Positions 32,201-38,931 of a stretch of 64,000 bases of DNA are shown piece by piece. The notes under the pieces were generated by a model. That model made no database searches. It was not told where the DNA came from and saw only the letters and a program-made list of their open reading frames with translations. The translations under genes were made by a program, and so were the position numbers. Source of the DNA: Flavobacteriales bacterium (GTDB lineage Bacteria; Bacteroidota; Bacteroidia; Flavobacteriales_E; Vicingaceae). The stretch lies in the NCBI GenBank assembly GCA_002401955.1, contig NVUQ01000006.1, forward strand, positions 19,061 to 83,060, in the 5' to 3' direction. Position 1 is the stretch's first letter; every line of letters starts with the position of its first letter.

Positions 32201-32464
32201 TCTGTTAATATTGCTGACAATAATTTTAGCAATAAACCTATTATTTATCCCAACCCAACCAATGGAAATTTTGCTATAGATTTAGGAAATAAACATGAAG
32301 AAATAACGATATCGATAACAGATATAGCTGGAAGGTTTATTCAATCTAACTCGTATAAAAAGAGTCAGATCTTAAATTTAAAGCTAACAGAACCTCCTGG
32401 GGTTTATATCTTAATTATTGAAGCGGGCAGTGAAAAATCAATTATCCGATTACTAAAAGAATAA
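29210..32464 (+). CDS. large secreted BNR/Asp-box beta-propeller protein with GEVED domain and T9SS C-terminal sorting domain
   Basis: Trimmed to the ATG before the signal peptide. About ten SxDxGxxW-like boxes are present (TTDGGANW, SVDAGNSW, SKDNGATW, TTDQGSSW and others). GEVEDYTIVV marks the GEVED domain, and the C-terminus is IIYPNPTNGNFAIDL...GVYILIIE. Confidence 0.75.
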   Translation: MNVLKKLILILFILPVTFISGQTYKQMMHDPSVNIYDVVEEAEAHFKDKDKFVKGSGWKGFQRWLFENEAKYYPSGDRSNIDPYFVSKNYKTFLKNNPSNKSLFDSGWEELGPHYIEQVTGHYAVGLGRVECFYADRNDTNLIYLGSRSGGFWKTTDGGANWTGGSTDTLFASGVNTMTVSPTNPDSILINVRNAYNGTTHGIYRSVDAGNSWSVTNFNPTNIGWGGLGSNKNIYQIAYHPTIPNLVFIASSEGIFKSEDNLATWINVYNNASVTELVFHPTNPTILYARTVMSNNYILKSLNTGSNFSPSGFITGNSSTLKLSTTAACPSCIYVASSNGVWKSRDQGVSFTLQGIPGISNYGAFAVNDVDTNYMLFGDIDTHISSDEGQTFNQATFWSQGNANYNTTGTYVHADIRGSRCQDGVFWVNTDGLLCKSKDNGATWHIYEGQSIRENYNLGVSQSNHERTISGSQDNGTSIKTENSWIEFYGADGMEGIIHPLNDDWMIGSLQYGGRRRTKDGGQSQSGVTPPNQDGGWIAPLFYDPNDHMTVYSVGDSLYKSTNFGSSWTQIGLPNLGGPMDYATIAENNSDIILITNYHYLQKSLDGGNTFVNIQSGLPNNYITDLAFDPNDDNVIVVVYGTYQNNNQKVYITTDQGSSWQNITYNLNNLPVRSVVIDHTNASTIYLGTEIGVYKKAMAASSWSLYNTDLPNMTVLELEIMYGSNTLRAATWGRGLWEYTLDGRQNYPTILTTKITNQPTDTTPQFGQDQYITSTITYDNTITNAYVNWSINTPVFGNVISMTNTIDSTWVSDTPIPSQPIGTKVYFKVFAVGINNDTTETYKFMYEVKSDCVPYGSMDWATAVTLVDFNTINNATGKTQPYTDYTSTDSTIVVPGSSYNLSVNLNTDGNYTIHSKAWIDWNQDLDFNDSGEEYNMGTATNTANGPTTLSPLNIAVPLTAPLGRTTMRVASKFGVAPTSCESGYDGEVEDYTIVVASSVNIADNNFSNKPIIYPNPTNGNFAIDLGNKHEEITISITDIAGRFIQSNSYKKSQILNLKLTEPPGVYILIIEAGSEKSIIRLLKE

Positions 32465-32472
32465 TTGTATAA

Positions 32473-32886
32473 ATGAAGCTCTATTTCTCTTTCATATTTT
32501 TAGTCATTATTGGTGTATGCTCTTGCAAAAGCAACAAACATATATTAACAGAAGGAGATAGCCTTCAGGTAAAAGATATATATATTCAGAAAATTGTCCC
32601 TGGTTTAAAAGAGATGAAAAAGAAAGAATTTTTATTCATAAATTTTAAACCTTACGACACCGAAACGTATTTAATTGATAGCATTTATTACTCGAACAAG
32701 GTCTATTACATTGATAAAAACCAACTAAATTATAAAATTGACTTAAATACTGGTATTGATAGTGAAAACAATGAACATGCTAATTCTTCTAATAGCATTG
32801 GAACCGTATTTTATCATCAAAAAACTAACTCTTATTACAAAATATTAAAAGGAATTTATAGAAAAGAAACACTTTATATGCCATAA
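32473..32886 (+). CDS. hypothetical lipoprotein
   Basis: 137 aa with signal plus lipobox GVCSC. No family recognised. Confidence 0.45.
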   Translation: MKLYFSFIFLVIIGVCSCKSNKHILTEGDSLQVKDIYIQKIVPGLKEMKKKEFLFINFKPYDTETYLIDSIYYSNKVYYIDKNQLNYKIDLNTGIDSENNEHANSSNSIGTVFYHQKTNSYYKILKGIYRKETLYMP

Positions 32887-33049
32887 AACAACTAACAGTT
32901 TTTGATTGCAAGTGCAAGTTGATTATGGTTATAAACGTATAGTAATTTACAGTTACAGTTTGGTTGTAGACGGACAGGAAATAAATGATATACACTATTT
33001 TTCTGCACATTGCATTTACTAGCCAAAATGTTTTATTTATCTTAGTTGA

Positions 33050-35002
33050 ATGAAATTAAATATATCAATATTTAAAAAAATTATACTTCTCTTTTCAGTT
33101 GTTCTGATTACAACAAACTCTATTGCCCAAAAAGCCAAAACCAACCCCGAAAAGCAAGCATTGTTTATTTATAATTTTTTCAAATTTGTTGAATGGTCTA
33201 ATTATGATGAATTACAAAGTTTTAATGTTGGAGTTATTGGTGATGAAAAAAACTTAGTTTATGATGAACTCGTAAATATCTCAAAAACAGAGAAAGCAAA
33301 AAAACTTCCTATAAAAATTAAACGCTTAAAAAACCTATCTCAATTAGATGATATTCAATTACTCTATTTTGATAAAGGAGCATCGTTAAAGTTTGAAAAA
33401 ATATATACTGCTATTGGAGAAAAGCATATTCTACTAGTTTCTAAAGGATACCCTTACGGAAAATCTATGATTAATTTTATTATGGATGGCGAAAAAGTAG
33501 CATATGAACTAAGTGAGAAAAAATGTGAAAATGCAGGATTAACACCAAGTAAAGTACTGACTTTAGTTGCCATAAAATCAGAAAAGGAATGGAACAAGCT
33601 AATTAACAAATTCGAAAACATTACCAATACTGAGGAAGAAACTGTTACAATTAACACAAAAGACCTTACCAAATTTGTAAAAGAGCAAAAAAGGTTACTT
33701 AGTGAAATTGGTATTAACACTAAAAAGTTAGAAGTTCAAAAGGAAAAATTAAAAAAGCAACAACAAGAATTATCTGCTAAAGAAAACCAACTTCTTAAAA
33801 CAAAGGAAGAAATAGAAAAACAAAAAAAATTAATAACTGAACAATTAAATAAAATCAAAATACAGCACAAAAATTTATCTACTTTAAATGAAAATGTATT
33901 AGCAAAGCAATCAGAACTAATAAAACAACAGGAAGAATTAGAAAAAGAAACTCAAAACTTAATTGCCATTCAAAATGAATATAAAAAGATAGAAACAGCA
34001 CTTAAACAGAAAGAGAGATTAGTTAATGAGCAAGGAAAAACAATTGATGCTCAAGGGAATGAAATTATTACCAAATCGGATAAAATTGAAGAGCAGGAAT
34101 CAATTATATGGCTATCTATCCTCTTTTTACTTATTGTTTCTATATTAGGAATATTGGCTTACAGAAGTTATCGTTTAAAAAACAAAGCCAACATTTTAAT
34201 TTTAAAACAAAAAGATGAAATTGAAGAACAGCATAAAGTATTAGAGGTGCAGCATAAAGAAATTACCGACAGCATTAACTATGCCAAAAGAATACAAGAT
34301 GCCATACTACCCCCTTTAAAACTGGTAAGAAGCTACATGCCTGATAGTTTTATTCTTTACCAACCTAAAGACATTGTAGCTGGAGATTTTTATTGGATGG
34401 AAAGCATTAATAATCTCATCATATTTGCAGCAGCAGATTGTACGGGGCATGGTGTTCCTGGAGCAATGGTTAGTGTAGTTTGTCATAATGCAATGAATAG
34501 GGCTGTAAGGGAATTTATGTTGGTAGAGCCTCATGAAATACTAGATAAAACACGTGAAATTGTGTTAGAAACTTTTGAGCAAAGTGCTGAGCAAGTTCAT
34601 GATGGAATGGATATAGCTCTATGCACAATAAATACTGAAACAAATAAACTAAATTTTGCAGGTGCAAATAATGGACTCTACTTTATTAGAAATGGTGAAT
34701 TAACTCAAATTAAGCCTGACAAGCAGCCTATTGGGAAATTTGATGATGCAAAACCTTTTACAAAACATTCAATAAACCTAGAAAAAGGAGATGTTATTTA
34801 TACTTTTTCTGACGGTTATGCCGATCAATTTGGTGGTCCAAAAGGAAAAAAATTCATGTATAAACCTTTTAGGGAATTATTATTATCTATTCACCAAAAG
34901 CCAATGGACGAACAACATCATTTACTTAAAAATTCTTTTGATGATTGGAAAGGCCCTATGGAACAAATTGACGATGTTTGTGTTATAGGCGTTAGAATTT
35001 AA
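33050..35002 (+). CDS. YfiR-like (DUF4154) periplasmic domain / long coiled coil / TM / PP2C (SpoIIE-type) phosphatase fusion protein
   Basis: 650 aa. Signal peptide, then KQALFIYNFFKFVEWSN (YfiR/DUF4154 signature), about 150 aa of heptad-like K/E/Q-rich sequence, and a TM helix IIWLSILFLLIVSILGILAY. The PP2C core motifs are AGDFYW, AADCTGHGVPGA, DGMDIAL, FSDGYADQFGG and QIDDVCVIGVRI. Confidence 0.8.
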   Translation: MKLNISIFKKIILLFSVVLITTNSIAQKAKTNPEKQALFIYNFFKFVEWSNYDELQSFNVGVIGDEKNLVYDELVNISKTEKAKKLPIKIKRLKNLSQLDDIQLLYFDKGASLKFEKIYTAIGEKHILLVSKGYPYGKSMINFIMDGEKVAYELSEKKCENAGLTPSKVLTLVAIKSEKEWNKLINKFENITNTEEETVTINTKDLTKFVKEQKRLLSEIGINTKKLEVQKEKLKKQQQELSAKENQLLKTKEEIEKQKKLITEQLNKIKIQHKNLSTLNENVLAKQSELIKQQEELEKETQNLIAIQNEYKKIETALKQKERLVNEQGKTIDAQGNEIITKSDKIEEQESIIWLSILFLLIVSILGILAYRSYRLKNKANILILKQKDEIEEQHKVLEVQHKEITDSINYAKRIQDAILPPLKLVRSYMPDSFILYQPKDIVAGDFYWMESINNLIIFAAADCTGHGVPGAMVSVVCHNAMNRAVREFMLVEPHEILDKTREIVLETFEQSAEQVHDGMDIALCTINTETNKLNFAGANNGLYFIRNGELTQIKPDKQPIGKFDDAKPFTKHSINLEKGDVIYTFSDGYADQFGGPKGKKFMYKPFRELLLSIHQKPMDEQHHLLKNSFDDWKGPMEQIDDVCVIGVRI

Positions 35003-35006
35003 ATTT

Positions 35007-35381
35007 ATGGAAAATAAAAACATATTTGGACAACCATTAATCTCTTGCAGCCACAAACCACTTACAGGTTATTTTAGAGATGGTTGCTGCAATACTGATG
35101 ATACTGATTTTGGGGTTCATACGGTTTGTATCGTTGCAACTGAAGAGTTTTTAACCTTCTCAAAAACTGCTGGAAACGATTTGTCTACTCCTATTCCTGA
35201 ATACTCTTTTCCAGGAGTAAAAAGTGGTGATAAATGGTGTTTATGTGCTGTAAGATTTAAAGAGGCTTATGAAAACAATGCTGCTCCTAAAGTAATTCTA
35301 GAAGCTACTAATGAAAAAACATTAGATATTATTCCTATAAATATTTTAATAGAAAATGCTTTTTATACGGATAAAGTGTAA
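35007..35381 (+). CDS. DUF2237-family protein
   Basis: 124 aa. GQPLISCSHKPLTGYFRDGCCNT...GVHTVC...GDKWCLCAVRF matches the DUF2237 pattern as I recall it. It starts 4 nt after the PP2C gene. Confidence 0.7.
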   Translation: MENKNIFGQPLISCSHKPLTGYFRDGCCNTDDTDFGVHTVCIVATEEFLTFSKTAGNDLSTPIPEYSFPGVKSGDKWCLCAVRFKEAYENNAAPKVILEATNEKTLDIIPINILIENAFYTDKV

Positions 35382-35396
35382 AGATTATTATTAAAA

Positions 35397-35428
35397 CAAA
35401 AAAGCTTTCATTTCTGAAAGCTTTTTTT
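35397..35428. terminator. bidirectional rho-independent terminator abutting the displaced tRNA fragment
   Basis: AAAAAAGCTTTCA-loop-TGAAAGCTTTTTTT. Its last T is the first base of the 16-bp att repeat. Confidence 0.8.
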
Positions 35429-35443
35429 GGCGGAGATGGAGGG
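35428..35443. repeat. att core repeat, distal copy (displaced tRNA-Ser 3' end)
   Basis: TGGCGGAGATGGAGGG is identical to 46582..46597. Confidence 0.85.
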
Positions 35444-35499
35444 TCTAACCATATAATTATAATCTTATGATTATAAGAGGTTTACGAACTCTCCATAAT

Positions 35500-35520
35500 A
35501 AAGTCCTACGAATAGCCCAC
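35500..35520 (+). repeat. arm-type repeat AAAGTCCTACGAATAGCCCAC (candidate integrase/Xis arm site)
   Basis: Near-identical copy at 46460..46480 (AAAGTCCCACGAATAACACAC). An inverted 12-mer AGTCCTACGAAT lies at 46434..46445. Confidence 0.5.
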
Positions 35521-36035
35521 TGGCTAGTATTATTGTTACAGTATAATTAGAGAACGTTTTGCTTTTGTTTGCTTTATCAATATACGAATTAATATTAAGG
35601 ATCGTAAATATCTTTTTATAAAAGAGTTCATTTATCACAAAGAGATCAAGTAATAACCTACCCTACAACAATTTAATTAACCAACTCTTTTATTCAAATA
35701 AAAACAAATAAACAATCCATTAATTTGACGGGGGTGGGGCAAATAAAACCGTTTTCTTTTTTCAAAATACCCCCCAGCACACCACTTATAACCCTTACCT
35801 CACGTAAACGCACATGAACATGAGATTAAATATTTTTTAATATTAAGCATAAGTATAATCCGATATAGTAAGGGGTTTGAGGCAAAACAAACAAGGAAAC
35901 ACCCAATAAATCTAAGTTTAGTTAGGTGAAGACTTATTTATTTATACCGAAAAAGGTTAGTAAAACCGTCCTCCCGCACGCACACATGAGTATTAAATAT
36001 TATTTTATATATACCATATTATTAGGGGAAAAATC

Positions 36036-36181
36036 TACAAACCTGTTACTTCTGAATTAAAGAGTATGGACGAGGTTAAGCTTAGTTTAATTAAGGCAAA
36101 GCAAGGGAGATTGAAGTTATGAACAACCCCAACATTTCTGAAGGGGATTTACCTTGTCTGGTAATTATAGGGGTGCATTAA
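36036..36181 (+). pseudogene. relic of the 99-aa ORF 3' end plus a truncated ATGA-overlapped downstream ORF (duplicate of the junction at 38848..38937)
   Basis: A codon-aligned hand alignment shows 21 mismatches in 89 nt. It translates as ..KPVTSELKSMDEVKLSLIKAKQGRLKL* versus ..QPITSELKDMDEISFRKTKGKQGRLKI*. The downstream ATG (36119) opens only a 20-codon ORF. Confidence 0.55.
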
Positions 36182-36564
36182 AATAAAATAAGTTTGTGGA
36201 AATTTCCAAGTCCATCAACTTCTGTGTATAGTCTGTAAGTGTAGGCATCGTCATCTTCCTCTAAAATCATTTTACCATATTCTTTACTGTCAAGGTAAAA
36301 GATTGCATGATGGCTTAGGTAGTGGTAAGTATCACAACTTACAATGTCCATCTTAATTTTCTGCTTTAGTCCTGTTACTGTATGCTTGAATCTTATTGTT
36401 AATCCTTTACCACCAAAATCTAAAGTTATGTAGTCAAAAGACATATATACTTCTGTTGTGTCTTCTCCATTTATAACATATTCTCCTCTTACATCGTGTG
36501 GAGATTGTGAAAATAATGATAGTGATAAGATTGTTCCGATAAGTACTATTGCTAATTTTTTCAT
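36178..36564 (-). CDS. hypothetical small secreted protein (element cargo)
   Basis: 128 aa with signal peptide MKKLAIVLIGTILSLSLFSQ. No family recognised. Confidence 0.5.
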   Translation of the reverse strand: MKKLAIVLIGTILSLSLFSQSPHDVRGEYVINGEDTTEVYMSFDYITLDFGGKGLTIRFKHTVTGLKQKIKMDIVSCDTYHYLSHHAIFYLDSKEYGKMILEEDDDAYTYRLYTEVDGLGNFHKLILF

Positions 36565-36715
36565 ATTTTTAAGTTTTTAGGTTCGTTGGTATATAAACAA
36601 CGAAAAAAAACTCGATTTAATATAATTCTAATCAATAGATGATGCTCCTGAAAATTAAACATAGTCAATAGAACAGATCAGAGATTCTATGTTCTTCCCT
36701 GCACACGTAATGATG

Positions 36716-37345
36716 TTAAAAATAATTCCACTCACCGATTTTATCTTCATGATCTTCATATTCAAAATCATGAATAATATCTTCCAGATTAATTGGTTTG
36801 TAGTTTTTCCTTAAGACTCCTTCTATCAATATTTTTCCATCAAAATCTTTATATGTATATAAGTCTTCAACTACGTATCCATGCTTAAATTTGAGTTCTA
36901 AAGCACTTTTATTATTAACATTATAACAATAAGTACCATGCTTAATTCCATTTGAATACTCCATACTTAATTGAATGTAATCAGAAGGAGTAATCACTGT
37001 CATATTCTCAAAGTCACCTTTAAAACTACAAAACTGAAGGAAGCTGTTTTTAGTAAGTATTAATTGAATAGCACCACCATGAAACGAATTATAGAAAAAT
37101 TCTTTCTCTTCATTATTTATGATTTCTGTAACTTCAGTTTTAAATTTATTTGAATTTAAAAAATCATCTATAACCTTTGTTCTATCTTCAATATTTCCAT
37201 TTAAAATGATGTGACATATATTTAACTCCTCTCTATCTAAAGTATTAATAGACCAAATGTTTTGAATATCTGAGCAAGGCTTTAAATGTGATTTTTTTAT
37301 GATTTTAAAATTGGACATACTAAGAGAATTTACTTGATTTGGCAT
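36716..37345 (-). CDS. hypothetical cytoplasmic protein with possible MORN-variant/YwqK-like repeats (element cargo)
   Basis: 209 aa with no signal peptide. The C-terminal NGIKHGTYCYNVNNKSALELKFKHGYVVEDLYTYKDFDGKILIEG loosely fits the G.K.G....Y repeat of YwqK-type immunity proteins. This is a weak call. Confidence 0.4.
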   Translation of the reverse strand: MPNQVNSLSMSNFKIIKKSHLKPCSDIQNIWSINTLDREELNICHIILNGNIEDRTKVIDDFLNSNKFKTEVTEIINNEEKEFFYNSFHGGAIQLILTKNSFLQFCSFKGDFENMTVITPSDYIQLSMEYSNGIKHGTYCYNVNNKSALELKFKHGYVVEDLYTYKDFDGKILIEGVLRKNYKPINLEDIIHDFEYEDHEDKIGEWNYF

Positions 37346-37359
37346 TTATTAATGTTCAA

Positions 37360-37764
37360 TTATTGAAATGTTTCAAGAAGGTCATTTATTTCGACCATTG
37401 GAGTGTTTGCTATTTTTTCAGCTAAATCTATTTTCTCCTTTTCACATTCATTATGCCAAGCGAATATACCATTGTCTGAAATCCAAGAGACACTCCATAA
37501 AGCACCACCATATCTATTAATGATTGTGAAATCATCAGAGGTTTGTGTTTCCATACTATAAGAGATGCCTTTTTGTATTAACGTATCAATATCAAGTTCA
37601 TCGTTATTCATTGATACAAGAGAGAAAAGCTCTTTATCTTCTTGATTAAGAGTATCGATATTAGAAAAATAATCTAATCTAAATTGATTAATTCCTCCAA
37701 GATATTTTTTCTCAACTGTTTTCTTAGCTAGAATTAGATTAGATAAATGAATGTATATTGGCAT
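37360..37764 (-). CDS. hypothetical small cytoplasmic protein (element cargo)
   Basis: 134 aa with no signal peptide, lying 14 nt upstream of the 209-aa ORF. No family recognised. Confidence 0.45.
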   Translation of the reverse strand: MPIYIHLSNLILAKKTVEKKYLGGINQFRLDYFSNIDTLNQEDKELFSLVSMNNDELDIDTLIQKGISYSMETQTSDDFTIINRYGGALWSVSWISDNGIFAWHNECEKEKIDLAEKIANTPMVEINDLLETFQ

Positions 37765-37831
37765 ATAAATAAAAGAAGTCTTAAAATGTATGGTTTTAGT
37801 GTAAATCCTTACTCAAAATTGAGAGCTAAAT

Positions 37832-38455
37832 TTATTTTTTTACATTGTCAAAAGATCCAGCTGGAAAATAAAGTTCATTAGCTTTTTTGAAATCTAGATC
37901 AGCAGCTTCATTATTTTTTATTTCACGATAAGCTTTCCCTCTTGCGAAATAAGCATCTGGATCTTCCTCCATATTATAAGGAGTGGAATCTATATAATAA
38001 GTATAATCAGCAATAGCTCCTGAGTAATCTCCAATATTATATTTCATATCCCCTCGCATAGTATGACATACATTGTCTGGATCAATTTCTAACGCCTTAG
38101 TATAGTCTTCGATTGCACCAACATAATTATTTATAGTGGATTTAAAAAACCCCCTGTTATGGTAAGCACTAGCATAATTTGATTCAATACCTATTATTTT
38201 ATCTAGTATATCAATGGCACATCTAGTATTGTTTAGATTATATTCCATACTTGCCATCCTAAGATAAGCTTCTTTATAGGTTGAGTCAATTTCGATTGCA
38301 CTCTCAAAATGTTTTATTGCCTCACTGTAATTTGCGGACTTTGATTTTTCTAAACCATTATAGAACTCATTGTAGGCTGCTAATGTGTTTATTTCTTGGT
38401 TAAAACCTAATAAGGGTAATATAAATAATGGAATAATTAGAAATGATTTTCTCAT
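37832..38455 (-). CDS. secreted TPR protein (element cargo)
   Basis: 207 aa with a signal peptide. Repeated A..Y.....Y..AI.D(Y/F)..A(L/I)EIDP TPR motifs. Confidence 0.65.
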   Translation of the reverse strand: MRKSFLIIPLFILPLLGFNQEINTLAAYNEFYNGLEKSKSANYSEAIKHFESAIEIDSTYKEAYLRMASMEYNLNNTRCAIDILDKIIGIESNYASAYHNRGFFKSTINNYVGAIEDYTKALEIDPDNVCHTMRGDMKYNIGDYSGAIADYTYYIDSTPYNMEEDPDAYFARGKAYREIKNNEAADLDFKKANELYFPAGSFDNVKK

Positions 38456-38637
38456 AGTTAGATAGGTTTTAAAGTTATAAATAGGTGTTGCCTTTAACGT
38501 AGTAACTAGAATTTTGTTTCATACAATAACAACACTAACTTTTAATTGACTTATTAAAGCGATTAAAGAATGTTTGAAACTTTTAAGATCAAAATCAAAC
38601 TTTCGGCAGTATAAAATATCTATTTTTATAATTGCAA

Positions 38638-38931
38638 ATGACCCAAGCCGAACAACATAAACTAAAGAAGCTTATAACTAAATACAATCCTATTTTAAAG
38701 GAATCTATTCAAAATGCTTTAACAGAAGACCTTTATAATCTTATTATAGTTAATGGTGATGATAAGGACTTTGAATTAAAAGATTTACTAAAAGAAAAAG
38801 AAGAACTTAAAGCTTTTATTATGAAAGAGTTTATTCAACTCAACAATCAACCAATTACTTCTGAATTGAAGGATATGGACGAAATAAGCTTTAGAAAAAC
38901 CAAAGGAAAACAAGGGAGATTGAAGATATGA
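38638..38931 (+). CDS. hypothetical small helical protein (element cargo)
   Basis: Trimmed from the TTG at 38632 to the ATG at 38638. K/E-rich. Its stop overlaps the next start (ATGA at 38928..38931). Confidence 0.45.
   Translation: MTQAEQHKLKKLITKYNPILKESIQNALTEDLYNLIIVNGDDKDFELKDLLKEKEELKAFIMKEFIQLNNQPITSELKDMDEISFRKTKGKQGRLKI

Noticed and set aside
32902-32960. Tandem hexamers upstream of the YfiR-PP2C gene (TTGATT-GCAAG-T-GCAAG-TTGATT and TTACAG-TTACAG).
   Set aside because: These are mirror or direct micro-repeats of only two units each in AT-rich DNA. They are not inverted repeats and have no second occurrence that I could find. They are too weak to call a regulatory site.
33620-34100. 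A-rich, seemingly repetitive DNA in the middle of the YfiR-PP2C gene, considered as a low-complexity repeat or insertion.
   Set aside because: It stays in frame and encodes a K/E/Q-rich heptad-like coiled coil that links the periplasmic domain to the TM helix. The composition reflects codon usage (AAA/GAA/CAA), not a repeat element.
35746-35969. TAAAACCGT (two copies in the noncoding arm) as extra copies of the ori iteron (CGGTTTA/TAAACCG at 42474 and 42545).
   Set aside because: They differ by an extra A, occur singly rather than clustered, and short AT-rich heptamers recur by chance. The similarity is noted but not counted as iterons.
35444-36177. Possibility that the repeat-containing noncoding arm is a CRISPR array or a tandem-repeat locus.
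   Set aside because: The repeat units are long (about 170-190 bp), degenerate and only two or three in number. They carry in-frame homology to a neighbouring gene junction. There are no short, regularly spaced identical repeats and no cas genes. No CRISPR array was seen anywhere in the window.
36582-36604. Hairpin TTCGTTG-N9-CAACGAA between the 209-aa and 128-aa cargo genes, considered as an intrinsic terminator.
   Set aside because: On the transcribed (minus) strand the T-run precedes rather than follows the stem, and on the plus strand an A-run follows it. It does not fit a rho-independent terminator. It might be a protein-binding site, but there is no supporting evidence.
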